Below, in pieces: positions 18,035 through 29,177 of a DNA stretch of 64,000 nucleotides (within the stretch, counting starts at the first letter, position 1; the number at the start of each line of letters is the position of its first letter). Made by a program: the position numbers and the translations under genes. The stretch lies in contig JAFDZU010000010.1 in the NCBI GenBank assembly GCA_018266765.1, positions 4,916 through 68,915 of the forward strand. Direction: 5' to 3'. The notes under the pieces were generated by a model. It saw nothing but the letters and a program-made list of their open reading frames with translations, was not told the origin of the DNA and made no database searches. The stretch comes from Bacteroidota bacterium (GTDB lineage Bacteria; Bacteroidota; Ignavibacteria; Kapaibacteriales; UBA961).

Positions 18035-19427
18035 TCTTCTTATATCGAAATATGTAGATGGTGACCTCACAATAGAGGAAGACCAGCTATTGCGTTGCCT
18101 GCTGAGCGAAGATTCAGCAGCGAAAGAAGCATTTGATGCCGCTACAGCGTTACACCTAACTATGCTCGAAGACGAAGATAGTATTAGTATTCCTAATGAT
18201 TTTCTTTTGGAAACAGAAGCATTTATCACAATGAAATTTGCTACTGATGAAGCAATTGCAAAAGCTCTTCTACGAGAAAATAACATAAAAAACTTCAAAA
18301 ATAATTTAAGAAAATTAAGTTCAGTTGTTGTTGCTTTACTCTTTATATTTACTGTACCTTTTAGTGATTTGTTTTTACAAAGAAAATCTAATTTTGCAGA
18401 GAATACACAACAAATAGTTGATTCACAAAATGAAGCTTCTTTACAATCCTTTCATTTCTCAAATAGTAAAAGTAACAGAAATGGACAGATAACTCGTTTC
18501 TCATTAAGAAAACAAGATGTTTCAGCTTCGATGAATAACAGGTTATTGGCAGATAAAAACGTAAATATTGAATCGAATGCAGTTGAAACAATCAGCATTG
18601 AAACTCCATTTCTTACAAAAGATGCACCGAAGCCATTACCATCGGTTGTGTTGGCTTCGAGGAATGCACAATATTCTACTCTAGATTATAATAGTGGTAC
18701 TTTTGCTCAACAGTTCAATAGTAGTGGTATCTCACAGTCTAATTCCACTATTTATCAAACAAGTACTCATGCGGACCAACCGTTAAATAGTGAACAAACA
18801 GAAATTCAAGCTAAAAATACAGAGATTCAAGTAAATACTTTTTTATCAAATAAAGTTGCTAATAATCGAGATAATGCTATTTCAACGACAGCAATTTCTC
18901 AAAGTATTTCCTATTCACTCAATGAAAAAAGTAAAGTAGGTGTTGAAATCGGTTATAATGGATATTCTTACCGAGGTGGTGGAATAGTTCTTGTCCCTCG
19001 TGGAACAAGTTCTGTACTTTCCAAATCTACCATTCTAAGTATGGATGGGCCTGAAAGTGGAATTCCCGGAAAAGATTTAAATCCGATTGCCGAGAAAGCT
19101 TCTCAGAGCAAAGCCGAAGGATTTGAAGAAAAAAATGTTGAATACTCGATTGATAAAACTATGTATTGGGGAGCGGCTTTCTATGAATATATGATTTTTA
19201 ACAAAGGAAATATTTCTGTGAATGGTCGTATTGGTGCCGGTGGTTCAAATGATGGTGCGATGGCATTTACTCGCGCATTTGCTCGGTATGATGTTGTGAA
19301 AGGTGTTTCCTTAACTGTCGGTGCTGAGGCAAATGCTTTTATGGTAAATATGCAGACTCTTCCCAATGATAAAGAATCGATAAATTCAGGAATATCATTG
19401 GTCTACGGTATGCAAATAAAATTCTGA
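18024..19427 (+). CDS. Putative anti-sigma factor, translationally coupled to the sigma gene. It has a single TM and a large periplasmic region whose C-terminus looks like an OMP beta-barrel.
   Basis: Its start overlaps the sigma stop by 11 nt. N-terminal anti-sigma-like helix YVDGDLTIEEDQLLRCLLSEDSAAKEAF. TM LSSVVVALLFIFTVPF. C-terminal alternating hydrophobic pattern ending …GISLVYGMQIKF (terminal Phe). Confidence 0.5.
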   Translation: MNLNLLISKYVDGDLTIEEDQLLRCLLSEDSAAKEAFDAATALHLTMLEDEDSISIPNDFLLETEAFITMKFATDEAIAKALLRENNIKNFKNNLRKLSSVVVALLFIFTVPFSDLFLQRKSNFAENTQQIVDSQNEASLQSFHFSNSKSNRNGQITRFSLRKQDVSASMNNRLLADKNVNIESNAVETISIETPFLTKDAPKPLPSVVLASRNAQYSTLDYNSGTFAQQFNSSGISQSNSTIYQTSTHADQPLNSEQTEIQAKNTEIQVNTFLSNKVANNRDNAISTTAISQSISYSLNEKSKVGVEIGYNGYSYRGGGIVLVPRGTSSVLSKSTILSMDGPESGIPGKDLNPIAEKASQSKAEGFEEKNVEYSIDKTMYWGAAFYEYMIFNKGNISVNGRIGAGGSNDGAMAFTRAFARYDVVKGVSLTVGAEANAFMVNMQTLPNDKESINSGISLVYGMQIKF

Positions 19428-19560
19428 ACCTAAAGTAAAAGTGTTAAAAATCTGTAAAGTTTTTGTGTCTTTAAAAAATTAAAGTTTGGCAACATACAGT
19501 AAATCTTCTTATTTTCGGATAATGTTAAATAATGTATTATATGTTTTATTGGAGTTATAT

Positions 19561-21654
19561 ATGAAAAATTCGTTTCTTGTTCCTATTTTATCCGTTGGAT
19601 TACTGCTTGGCTCAGTTTCTTCCAGTATCGCCCAACGAACAGATAAAATTCCTGCTACAAATCTAAATACTCAAGTATTAGTTCGAGATGTGCACACACC
19701 AACACATAAATATGTTCCAAATTCTCCCGACGAAAGCACTCCTATTGCACCTTTTTCCCAAAAAGAAATTAAAAAAATCACTAAAAACACTGGTAACTCT
19801 GTTTTAGGTGGTGATAAAAAAATCAATGTAAACCTGCCGGGAGTTAAAGTTGGCTATACTTATTATGATTTCCAAACCAATAATTCAATGCCCGAACGCC
19901 TTGCATTATTCTCTGATGGAAATGATAAATATATTCAAATGTTTTGGATGGCTTCATTAGATAGCTCTAAAGAAGGAGCAACTGGTCAGTTACCAATTGT
20001 TGGATTTAATAATCAACGTGGCGCACACTATGCTTTTGTAGATGTATCAAAACCAGATGCACCTGCAAGTCAATATGAATGGAAAAAAATGGCTGCTGAA
20101 AAAAATGGTGGTACTGCAGAACGTCGTGGGTGGCCTTCAATTGTTCAATTTAAAAATGGAAGTGTCGGAACTCCTTCACACACACCTGTTGATTTCTTTA
20201 AAAGCCCTGATGTAGGTGATGAAAACTTTACAAGAACAACGGTTGACCAAACTACTTCTACTTGGCCAAGAGCTGCAATAGACGGTCAAGATATTGTTCA
20301 TGTTATTTATAATACTAATGCTTCGACTAATTCAGATGCCACACAAAACTTTACATGCTACCGTCGCTCGACTGATAAAGGAAAAACATGGGAAGCTGAA
20401 AAGATACTTACAAATGCTGCTTTTGACGGTAATTTTCCGCGTGGTGGTGGTGGTGATTCCTATGCAATTGCCGCACGAGACAATAATGTAGTAATATTGT
20501 ATGGTGAATATCCTTCTGAAAGAGCACTATATCGCAAATCTACTGATAATGGAGTAACTTGGAGTGCACCTCTCTTGGTATTAAATCGTTCCTTCCCTGG
20601 AAAAGATACAACAGTTGTTAGTGGAAATACTGTGCATTTAACATCAGAAGTTAGTATAGTAAGTGGTGAACAATTTGATGTAATTATTGATTCGGAAGGT
20701 AAAGCTCATTTTGCATTTAATTTAACACAGGCATATTTAACAAGTTCCGGAACAAAAAGTGTAATAAACGGTAAAGATAGTATAACTAATAGAAGTGATA
20801 CAATCAATTATTTAGATCAGCTATCTGACTATAAAGATGCAAATTTAGGAATCCTTTATTATAAAGAAGGCGATCAATTCCTTTATTATATTGCTCGCCC
20901 GGCATCCATTAATTGGGATGGAGCAGGAACTGTGGTAAGTCGTAGAGCAAGTTCTGGTATTAGCCGTTATCCTCAATTAGGCATAGATGACAAAGATAAT
21001 ATATATATGACCTTTACCTCAGTTAAAAGTGGCGATACGAAGCCAGTTATGGTAGATAATTCTTCTCCTCGTGATGGAGTGCCTGATATTCAGGTTGATG
21101 GTTTAATGGGGCATATTTATGTTACCCATCGTCTAAAAGGTGATAATCCTAATTGGTCATTACCGAAAGATATAACACCTGCCGGAGTAGATTGTCTTTT
21201 TGGAACATTATGTAATACAGTAGCTGATGGTAGAATGTATATCGGTTATTCGGCAGATAATACTCCTGGCGATCGTGTTACCAATACGGAGCTTCCAACA
21301 GAACAAACTGAGATTTATGTATATCCATTTCCAACAACTGAATTAAACCCTATTCCACCGGTTGGAGTACAAGAAGAAGCCGAGGCAAATGACGGGCTTG
21401 CACTTACAGCACAACCAAATCCAACGAATGGCTTAACGGTATTTGCTTTTACAGCACCTCAAAACGGCAATGCTAAAGTAACTCTTACAAATGGTCTTGG
21501 AATGAATGTAGCAATTCTTTATAATGGAATGCTAACAGCCGGAACAACACAAAGTGTTAATTTTAACGCTCAAAATCTTTCTTCAGGTGCATACTATGCA
21601 ACTTTTGAAATCAATGGACGGAAAATTACAAAGATGGTATCAATCATAAAATAA
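19561..21654 (+). CDS. Secreted BNR/Asp-box repeat protein (sialidase-like beta-propeller) with a T9SS C-terminal sorting domain.
   Basis: The ORF track begins at 19486; ATG 19561 gives the signal peptide MKNSFLVPILSVGLLLGSVSSSIAQ with GGAG upstream. Asp-boxes STDKGKTWE and STDNGVTWS. CTD …TAQPNPTNGLTVFAFTAP…VTLTNGLGMNVAILYNG…SSGAYYATFEINGRKITKMVSIIK. Confidence 0.7.
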   Translation: MKNSFLVPILSVGLLLGSVSSSIAQRTDKIPATNLNTQVLVRDVHTPTHKYVPNSPDESTPIAPFSQKEIKKITKNTGNSVLGGDKKINVNLPGVKVGYTYYDFQTNNSMPERLALFSDGNDKYIQMFWMASLDSSKEGATGQLPIVGFNNQRGAHYAFVDVSKPDAPASQYEWKKMAAEKNGGTAERRGWPSIVQFKNGSVGTPSHTPVDFFKSPDVGDENFTRTTVDQTTSTWPRAAIDGQDIVHVIYNTNASTNSDATQNFTCYRRSTDKGKTWEAEKILTNAAFDGNFPRGGGGDSYAIAARDNNVVILYGEYPSERALYRKSTDNGVTWSAPLLVLNRSFPGKDTTVVSGNTVHLTSEVSIVSGEQFDVIIDSEGKAHFAFNLTQAYLTSSGTKSVINGKDSITNRSDTINYLDQLSDYKDANLGILYYKEGDQFLYYIARPASINWDGAGTVVSRRASSGISRYPQLGIDDKDNIYMTFTSVKSGDTKPVMVDNSSPRDGVPDIQVDGLMGHIYVTHRLKGDNPNWSLPKDITPAGVDCLFGTLCNTVADGRMYIGYSADNTPGDRVTNTELPTEQTEIYVYPFPTTELNPIPPVGVQEEAEANDGLALTAQPNPTNGLTVFAFTAPQNGNAKVTLTNGLGMNVAILYNGMLTAGTTQSVNFNAQNLSSGAYYATFEINGRKITKMVSIIK

Positions 21655-21889
21655 ACAAATCTATTACGCATAGGGCAGACACAAGCCGAAACAAGTGGCT
21701 GCCCCAAGCGCACAAACTTTGATTCCAACATCGAATTTGTACACCCCTCATAAATGCATTTTTATCTGAAATAATTGATTGGTATTCAGTAAAGAATAAT
21801 TTTTCTGAATTTGTGCTATAGATGTGTGGAATTATCAATAATACAATACAGTTATAATATTTATTTATACAGTTTTTAGGGAGAATGAT

Positions 21890-24800
21890 ATGAAACGTAA
21901 TCTACTTCTTATGATTATGATTATGATGACTATTCCAATAGTCGCTTCTGCGGGTATAACAGGAGTTTTATCGGGTAAGGTCGTAGATGAAAAAGGAAAA
22001 GCTATCGGCGGGGCATCTATCCGTATAGTCGGAACAAACCGTGGAGGTAATTCTAAACTCAATGGTTCTTTTATTATTTCTAACATAAATGCAGGAAGTT
22101 ATGATGTCTTAGTAAAATTTGTTAACTATAAGGATTATACAACTTCTGTAAGAATCTCTGCTGACCAAACAACTGAAATTACTGTTAAAATGGTGGAATC
22201 AGTCATACAAACTAAAGAGGTTGTTGTAATAGATCATTTATATGAAAAATTAGTTGATAAAGGTAAAGTTGGTTCAATCAGAAGTAGTACCGGAGAAGAA
22301 AATACAAAAATTGCTCGTGAAACAGTTCAACAAGCTGTTGCCCTCAAAGCAGGTGTTCAAGCAACCGGAGGGGGATTTGAAATTCGTGGTAGCCGTTCCA
22401 ATGAAACTCAAATTAGAGTAGATGGACTTGATATGGGTGATCAATTTACCGGAGGATTCGGTAACGCTGGATTCAATCTAACTCCAACTGTAAGTAGTTT
22501 TGCTGTTGAAGAGGTACAAGTATTAACCGGTGGATTCTCTGCCGAATATGGAAATGCATTAGGTGGCGTTGTGAATACTGTGGTTAAAACCGGAAGTACT
22601 GATAGATACGAAGGATTTGCCAGATGGAGAACAGATGCACCTACATTATTTGGAAAAGCAGGAAACGGAATTCAGTTAATGGGTAAGAATGAAAATACCT
22701 ATGAACTTGGAGTTGGCGGACCTATCCCAGCTTTAACAGGTTCAAGCTTTTATTTAACGGGAAAATATGCGTATCAAAAATATGGTGGAAATGGATTAGG
22801 GGTTTTTGACCCATGGGGAAATAATTTAGGACAGATTGGAAATACTCAGACTTGGGTGAAAAATATAACCGGACGATTAAAATTTTATTTTGACAACATA
22901 TCTTTAAATATAGGTGGTCAGTTAGGACTATCCCAACGCGAAAGAGGTTCGTGGGGGTGGCTTTATGCGAATGACTATGGAGTAACGAATCTTCGAAATG
23001 AAGGCGGACGCATAGTTGGTGATACTAATTATGTTCGTGAAGGAATAGCAAAACCGGCAGTTGTTAACGCTAATGTTAGTAACTTATTTGTATCAATAAA
23101 TCATGTGTTAAGTAATGAAACTTTTTATGAATTTAAAGTTTCGACAAATATTAATACAAGTGACGTTTCTAAACGCAGTAACTTTAATGATCCTTCACTC
23201 TTGGGTGGGTTTGAAGTTTATACTCCTGCTGATAATTATGCTTCAGAATTTGACCCAAATAATCCTTTCCAAATGATAGCAGGTCATGATAGAGCTATAG
23301 ATATATTTCAATCTTTACCAAAAACTGTACCGACTGTAGATGGATATGCAAGTAATGACTATTTACAAAGAAATCATATTACCGGGTATATTGAAGGACC
23401 TGCAGATGCGACCGGAACTCAAAACCCCTATGGACTTGCGGGCTACTTTAATCAGCATGGTAACGATAGGAATTTTGATTTCCGCCGTTCTACTTTCCTT
23501 CAATTCGATGGTAATTTTAATACAATTATCAATGCTGGTGATACGAGTGCTGTAAAACATTTTATTAAAGCAGGTTTTGAATTGAGGACATTTACATTGA
23601 AACGTCATCAAAATAGTTTACCTTGGGATGGCAATGCATTTTACGATGTTTATACTGATGAATTTGGTGGAAATCCCTATGCAGATAATGCAATAGCCAA
23701 AAGCATTACAGAACAACCTAAAAAACCACTTTCAGGTGCAATTTATGTACAAGACCAAATGAGTTACAAAGGAATCATTATTAATCCTGGTTTGAGATTT
23801 GACTTTACAGACCCTAATTCTACATATCGTTTGCCAAGTACATACTTTACACCTATTACTTCAGATAGCGGATTTGCAAAAACTACGTTAAAATATCAAG
23901 TAAGTCCCCGTATTACAGTAGCTTATCCGGTTACAGATCGTTCGATACTTAATATTAGTTATGGTATTTATTTCCAGATGCCGGTTTTGAGTCAATTGTA
24001 TGATGCTTTTAACACAGACAGATTACGTGCCGGTTCGATTCTTGGTAATCCACAATTACCAGCACAACGTACAAATCAATATCAAGTAGCTTATAATCTT
24101 CAACTCACCGATGATTTTGCTTTTGATGTTACTGCTTACTACAAAGATAACTACAATCAAACAGGTTTAGTCCATGTGTATGCTATTCCAGATTCTTATG
24201 ATGAATATAGTGTATCTGAATATGGAAATAGTAGAGGTATAGAAATTACATTTAAAAAACGCCCTACGAATAATATTGGACTAAATTTAAATTATACACT
24301 TTCTTCAACTACTGCAACTTCTTCAGCAACTGAAGATAACTATAATCGCCCAGTAGACCCTTATACAAATAAAACGGCATTTCCGCTTTCAGAATTCCCT
24401 TATTCTAATGACCGTCGTCATCAACTGACCGGAATAGTCGATTTTGTTTGGGCCAGAGAAGAAGGACCGGGAATTGGTGGAATCAAACCTTTGGAAAATG
24501 TTAATTTAAACTTTACAACACGTTTTCAAACTGGAACTCCCTATACACGATATAGTCCAAAAGGTGTAGCAATTAGTGATTTTAATTCTGAACGTCAGCC
24601 ATCTTCATGGCAAACTGATATGCGTTTTACAAAGGCATTTCCTCTAAAAGATTGGTTTGGAGAAGGTTTCAGCAAAACAACCCTTGAATTTTTTGTGGAT
24701 GTATTAAATCTCTTTAATAGAACAGACTTTACAAGTGTGTATGCAAGAAGTGGTGATCCCGACCAAGATAATAGCTCCTATAACCGTGCACTTGGTGACT

Positions 24801-25045
24801 TTAGTGCAACTGTATATTATAAAACCGCTTCTCTGATCAATGCAACTACTTATCGATCTGACCAATATGATCGTTTCGGAAATCGACTGTACACTCCTCA
24901 AGCTGACTTTAATAATGATGGACAAGTGACTCAACTTGAGAAGTATCAATCCTATTTGAGTTTTGTAAATACTGCTCAAGCTCGAAGAGCTGCGAATTAT
25001 CAAGCTCCAAGACAAGTGTTTTTTGGCTTTATGATTCGCTTCTAA
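21890..25045 (+). CDS. TonB-dependent outer-membrane receptor with an N-terminal carboxypeptidase-regulatory-like domain.
   Basis: Signal peptide. CarbopepD_reg-like GVLSGKVVDEKGKAIGGASIRIVG…GSYDVLVKFVNYKDY. Plug-like EIRGSRSNETQIRVDGLDMGD. 1051 aa, ending in the beta-barrel terminal …FGFMIRF. Confidence 0.8.
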   Translation: MKRNLLLMIMIMMTIPIVASAGITGVLSGKVVDEKGKAIGGASIRIVGTNRGGNSKLNGSFIISNINAGSYDVLVKFVNYKDYTTSVRISADQTTEITVKMVESVIQTKEVVVIDHLYEKLVDKGKVGSIRSSTGEENTKIARETVQQAVALKAGVQATGGGFEIRGSRSNETQIRVDGLDMGDQFTGGFGNAGFNLTPTVSSFAVEEVQVLTGGFSAEYGNALGGVVNTVVKTGSTDRYEGFARWRTDAPTLFGKAGNGIQLMGKNENTYELGVGGPIPALTGSSFYLTGKYAYQKYGGNGLGVFDPWGNNLGQIGNTQTWVKNITGRLKFYFDNISLNIGGQLGLSQRERGSWGWLYANDYGVTNLRNEGGRIVGDTNYVREGIAKPAVVNANVSNLFVSINHVLSNETFYEFKVSTNINTSDVSKRSNFNDPSLLGGFEVYTPADNYASEFDPNNPFQMIAGHDRAIDIFQSLPKTVPTVDGYASNDYLQRNHITGYIEGPADATGTQNPYGLAGYFNQHGNDRNFDFRRSTFLQFDGNFNTIINAGDTSAVKHFIKAGFELRTFTLKRHQNSLPWDGNAFYDVYTDEFGGNPYADNAIAKSITEQPKKPLSGAIYVQDQMSYKGIIINPGLRFDFTDPNSTYRLPSTYFTPITSDSGFAKTTLKYQVSPRITVAYPVTDRSILNISYGIYFQMPVLSQLYDAFNTDRLRAGSILGNPQLPAQRTNQYQVAYNLQLTDDFAFDVTAYYKDNYNQTGLVHVYAIPDSYDEYSVSEYGNSRGIEITFKKRPTNNIGLNLNYTLSSTTATSSATEDNYNRPVDPYTNKTAFPLSEFPYSNDRRHQLTGIVDFVWAREEGPGIGGIKPLENVNLNFTTRFQTGTPYTRYSPKGVAISDFNSERQPSSWQTDMRFTKAFPLKDWFGEGFSKTTLEFFVDVLNLFNRTDFTSVYARSGDPDQDNSSYNRALGDFSATVYYKTASLINATTYRSDQYDRFGNRLYTPQADFNNDGQVTQLEKYQSYLSFVNTAQARRAANYQAPRQVFFGFMIRF

Positions 25046-25094
25046 TCCACTTTCATTTGAAAATAATATTTTTTTTACAGAGAGGAACATCTCA

Positions 25095-28000
25095 ATGAAA
25101 TTACAAATCAAAATTATGGTATTCGTGCTAATGCTCCTAAGTATTACTACTTATATGCAAGCTCGAACCAAAGATCAGGTTAAAGGTAAGAAACAGGAAG
25201 GTGCTGAAATTTTACGCGCTGCAACTGGTACGTATGACCTTCAAAAAAATAAAGTTAGTAGGATAGAATTATTTAATACTAATTATGGAATGATTGGTCA
25301 TGATGTCCAAAAAAGTTTAGGAGGCGGAATTTGGCCTAGAGGTTCACAAAATCAATACATTTATGGTGGTGGTATCTGGTTTGCCGCTAAGAAGCTTACA
25401 ACTAAAGGAGATACCACGAGACTAGTAGAAATCGGATATAATCCAAATTCAGGAGCTTCATGGTTTGCACCCGGTATGATAGAAGATGGAGACGAAGCAC
25501 AGGATGCATTTCGAAATAAATATCGAATTTATTTTTCTACCGATTTCCGCCCAGATGGTGTTCCGTTTAATCCTGCAGATGGTCCTAATTGGCCAATTTG
25601 GGACAGTAGCCCTGATAAATTAGATACTCTTAAAAAAGACAGATATTTAGGATATTATGTTGACGATATTGATTCAAGAAATAAACGTATAAATCCTAAA
25701 GGTCCTGCATTTATTTCCGGTGAAGACATATTTACAGTTTTTAAAGATACTGATTTAAATAGATTCGAAGGTGGAGTTGGAACACGACGTAGCCAAGGAT
25801 TTCCTTTAAGACTTCAATATGAACAAATAATATATTCTTGGGGTTTTGGTGATTATCGTGATTTTATGTTTATCAAATACTATATAATTAATAAATCTAA
25901 AGATACACTTTTAGATTGTTGGGCGGCGTCTGCATTTGATATGGATATTGCACCTACTACAAACACTCAAAATGGAGCCGGAAATGATCATACTCGTTTC
26001 TACGATGAAGACGATACTTTGAATTTAGCTGTTCAGTGGTCAGACGGTAATCAAGGAGAAAGTAGGAAGGGGTTTGGATATATTGGATTTGATTTTTTAG
26101 AGAGTCCGGCTTTAAGTACTAATAATTATATAAGACATGACAAAAAATACTATAGTGGTAAAGAACAATTAGGATTAGTTTCATTTCGAAATTGGACTAT
26201 AGACAATGATCCGAAAGACAACGGAGATAGATATGATTTTATGTCTCAAAAGAATCAAAAAGATGGAGATAATGGAGCCGGAGACAAGAGATTCCTTATG
26301 TCTACCGGCCCCTTTAATTTACGACCTAATGATACAGCACGCGTTGTTGTAGGATTAATAATGGCTAATACAGTAAAAGGTGGAGATGCTAATGGTACTA
26401 CAGCAGATTTAGAGGAACTTATTCGTAAAGACAAATTTGCGCAAAAAGTGTATGATGATAATTTCCGTGCTCCGATTCCTCCGGATGCAGGACCAGTTAC
26501 TTGGAAACCACTCAATAATGCTATGAGTATTTCTTGGGACAGTACTTCAGAAATGTCATATGATGCATTAGAAGAAGGGCTGGATTTCTTGGGATACCGT
26601 TTATATAGAGCAAGAAGAGAAGATTTAGATTCATTTGATGTTGACCAAAGAGGCGCACCTATCAATCGTGGTCCTCTCGGTTGGAAACAAATTGGTCAGT
26701 GGCAAATGCTGCTACCTTTTTTCAAATCTTTGGTTCAGGCAGGGGATGAAAGAGATTCTCCTTATTTTGATTCTCTAGTTTCAATAACGAAAATTGATTC
26801 GTTTACTTTTACAGTCCGTAGATCTCCAAACAATGTAACTGTTAATAACCCTTATGGTGTAGGTGTGTGGGGAAATTATTTCAGATCATTACCTCCGGCA
26901 CAATTACAAAATATTTTAACAGGACGTATTGATGTTTCAAGAGCTTTGGTTACATCGCCTCCAACTACAATACAAGGGCTAATGGGATTATTAAAAGATG
27001 GTACTGCAACCATAACATTCCCAGATATAGAACCAGATACTAATGTACGTAAAAGAATTAGAAAAGAAGTGATAGCTCCATATATGGATAGTATAACAAA
27101 TCATAGAACTTTTATTGACCTAGGTGATGATGATAAAGATGGAGTGATAAATGAAGATCCTAATCCTGTCAAAACTGAAAAATTACTCAATAATGTGGAT
27201 TATTATTATCGTTTATTAGCGTACGATGAAGGTGATTTCAAACAATTCAGTCCTAAGAAAGTGAATGTAGGAATTTCTGAACTTAATCAACAGAAAGTGT
27301 ATCCTTATGCCGCTCCAGCTGGTGCAAATAATTCAGAAGTTCAGGTTATTTCAGTAGATAGTGGAGCAATGGGCGGATTATATAATTTTAAATTTAAAGT
27401 ACTTGACCAAGACAGATTTAATCAACTATTTACAAATAGTGATAATGAAGGGCATGAGCTTGAGTTGGAATTCCAACCGTCTTGGGGAGTTATAGCTTAT
27501 CCGGCAGCAACTGTAGCCGCCCCAAATCCTCCAAGATATGGTCTCTATCAAAGAACTATTACATTAAAAGATAAAACAAATGGTCAGTTACTATTTACTG
27601 GCTCAACTTTTCTTGAACCGGTTCTTTGCAGTACACCAATATTAAAGCTTTTTACAGAAAATGCGGCTACTTATGTACAAGCTGATACTGCTCAAAAAGA
27701 TTCAATTAGTGGTCAAGTAAGTACCTTTGGAGTTCCAACTGATAAAGGTAAGCTTTTGCGTGTAGGATCCTTTACTACAGATAAAACAAGTAGTGGTTCT
27801 ACTTGCTATAGCAGTCTTTTAGATAATAACGCAAAGCAAACACTTGGTTTCTCATTTGATTACGGCATTCAGCAGCAGGGAGGTTTGTTTCGTTTAGATA
27901 CTTTATATATTTCAAATAACACTTCTGGTACTAAAACACCTATCAGTATAACCGAAGGTGGATTTAGAACTGTAGCTCAAATTGATACAATATTTACTGC

Positions 28001-29066
28001 GGCAGGTGGATTATTAGTTTATAGAGGGTTCAATAATGGTGCCGCACAATATGAGCTTGAATTCCTTGAAGGCGGAGATACAACTTTGACAGTAGCAACA
28101 GATGAAGCCGGTACGACTACAAAGCAATTTCCTGTTAAATATTTGAATGTTCGAGTCCATAATAAAATTACTTATAAGAGATTAAATGAAAATGGGGATT
28201 CGGTTAATGTAACGTATCCTAAAGAAGTTGCTTTTGCTCAACAAGATCCTGCTTCATTTAATGTTGACCTACCTCTGACACCAGCTATGTATGTTCCGAT
28301 AGGTTCTTATAATTTAGCTGCTTTTGGATGGATGAATGGACGAGTGTATGAAGTAAATGGAAGTACAACAGCAACTAATGGAGGATTAGCCCGAAAGAAA
28401 CAAACACGTGGCTTGTTAGGTCAACAAAATCGTTATTATCTAAGTTCGATAGTAGGAAGCGATACCCTAGATTTTACACATACATTTGAAGTATCAGGTG
28501 GAGAGATTGTTTTAGATTATGTCAACAAAGGGTATCGTAATAGACTTAATCAAATAGGTGTTAGAAATGAAGATCCTGCATTCAGTTATGGAAATGATTT
28601 TAAATCGGGTGATAAAATCGAAGTAGATATAACCGGTGGTGCTGTAGGATTTCCTTTACCCGGTGCTAAAGTAACTGCAAAAGTAGTTACCAGTATTCCA
28701 AAACTTGATCAATATACAGATAATTTACTTGATCAAGTAAAAGTAGTACCTAATCCATATTACATAACAAATCAAGCTCAAAGATCTCCTTATGATGCAA
28801 AAATATATTTTACAAAATTGCCCAGACAGTGTACAATTTCAATTTATACTGTAACCGGTGAACTTGTAAAAAAACTAGAGCATAATGAATTTACTTCTCC
28901 AGCTCCCGATAAATATGCAGTAGAAATATGGGACTTGTTAAGTACCAATCGTCAGCGTGTTGCGAGTCAAACGTTAATTGCTAAAATTGAGACTCCGAAT
29001 GGTGCAAGTACTATTCAAAAATTCTCTTTAGTTGTTGGTAGTTTCCGATTAATACCAACAGACTAA
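25095..29066 (+). CDS. Very large (1323 aa) secreted protein with a T9SS C-terminal sorting domain; function unknown.
   Basis: Signal peptide MKLQIKIMVFVLMLLSITTYMQA. C-terminus VVPNPYYIT…KIYFTKLPRQCTISIYTVTGELVKKLEH…VEIWDLLSTNRQRVASQTLIAKIETPNGASTIQKFSLVV fits the CTD pattern. It lies directly downstream of the TonB-dependent receptor. Confidence 0.6.
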   Translation: MKLQIKIMVFVLMLLSITTYMQARTKDQVKGKKQEGAEILRAATGTYDLQKNKVSRIELFNTNYGMIGHDVQKSLGGGIWPRGSQNQYIYGGGIWFAAKKLTTKGDTTRLVEIGYNPNSGASWFAPGMIEDGDEAQDAFRNKYRIYFSTDFRPDGVPFNPADGPNWPIWDSSPDKLDTLKKDRYLGYYVDDIDSRNKRINPKGPAFISGEDIFTVFKDTDLNRFEGGVGTRRSQGFPLRLQYEQIIYSWGFGDYRDFMFIKYYIINKSKDTLLDCWAASAFDMDIAPTTNTQNGAGNDHTRFYDEDDTLNLAVQWSDGNQGESRKGFGYIGFDFLESPALSTNNYIRHDKKYYSGKEQLGLVSFRNWTIDNDPKDNGDRYDFMSQKNQKDGDNGAGDKRFLMSTGPFNLRPNDTARVVVGLIMANTVKGGDANGTTADLEELIRKDKFAQKVYDDNFRAPIPPDAGPVTWKPLNNAMSISWDSTSEMSYDALEEGLDFLGYRLYRARREDLDSFDVDQRGAPINRGPLGWKQIGQWQMLLPFFKSLVQAGDERDSPYFDSLVSITKIDSFTFTVRRSPNNVTVNNPYGVGVWGNYFRSLPPAQLQNILTGRIDVSRALVTSPPTTIQGLMGLLKDGTATITFPDIEPDTNVRKRIRKEVIAPYMDSITNHRTFIDLGDDDKDGVINEDPNPVKTEKLLNNVDYYYRLLAYDEGDFKQFSPKKVNVGISELNQQKVYPYAAPAGANNSEVQVISVDSGAMGGLYNFKFKVLDQDRFNQLFTNSDNEGHELELEFQPSWGVIAYPAATVAAPNPPRYGLYQRTITLKDKTNGQLLFTGSTFLEPVLCSTPILKLFTENAATYVQADTAQKDSISGQVSTFGVPTDKGKLLRVGSFTTDKTSSGSTCYSSLLDNNAKQTLGFSFDYGIQQQGGLFRLDTLYISNNTSGTKTPISITEGGFRTVAQIDTIFTAAGGLLVYRGFNNGAAQYELEFLEGGDTTLTVATDEAGTTTKQFPVKYLNVRVHNKITYKRLNENGDSVNVTYPKEVAFAQQDPASFNVDLPLTPAMYVPIGSYNLAAFGWMNGRVYEVNGSTTATNGGLARKKQTRGLLGQQNRYYLSSIVGSDTLDFTHTFEVSGGEIVLDYVNKGYRNRLNQIGVRNEDPAFSYGNDFKSGDKIEVDITGGAVGFPLPGAKVTAKVVTSIPKLDQYTDNLLDQVKVVPNPYYITNQAQRSPYDAKIYFTKLPRQCTISIYTVTGELVKKLEHNEFTSPAPDKYAVEIWDLLSTNRQRVASQTLIAKIETPNGASTIQKFSLVVGSFRLIPTD

Positions 29067-29080
29067 ATTATTTAACCTCA

Positions 29081-29120
29081 GAAAGAGACCTTTTAGCATA
29101 CAAAAAAGGTCTCTTCTCGA
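29081..29120 (+). terminator. Hairpin terminator after the 1323-aa gene.
   Basis: AAAGAGACCTTTT agcatac AAAAAGGTCTCTT, a ~13-bp stem. Confidence 0.6.
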
Positions 29121-29177
29121 AGAAAATTTAAAATAACAACTTAATCTTCAATAAAAGAAAAACTTAGGAGATATATA

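Noticed and set aside
25095-29066. Assignment of the 1323-aa protein as PorU (T9SS C-terminal signal peptidase), because it sits immediately upstream of a PorV-like gene as in Bacteroidota.
   Set aside because: I could not find a clan-CD His/Cys dyad or the C25 core pattern in it (only 4 Cys, none in a plausible context). It does have a T9SS tail. It is left as a cargo protein of unknown function.
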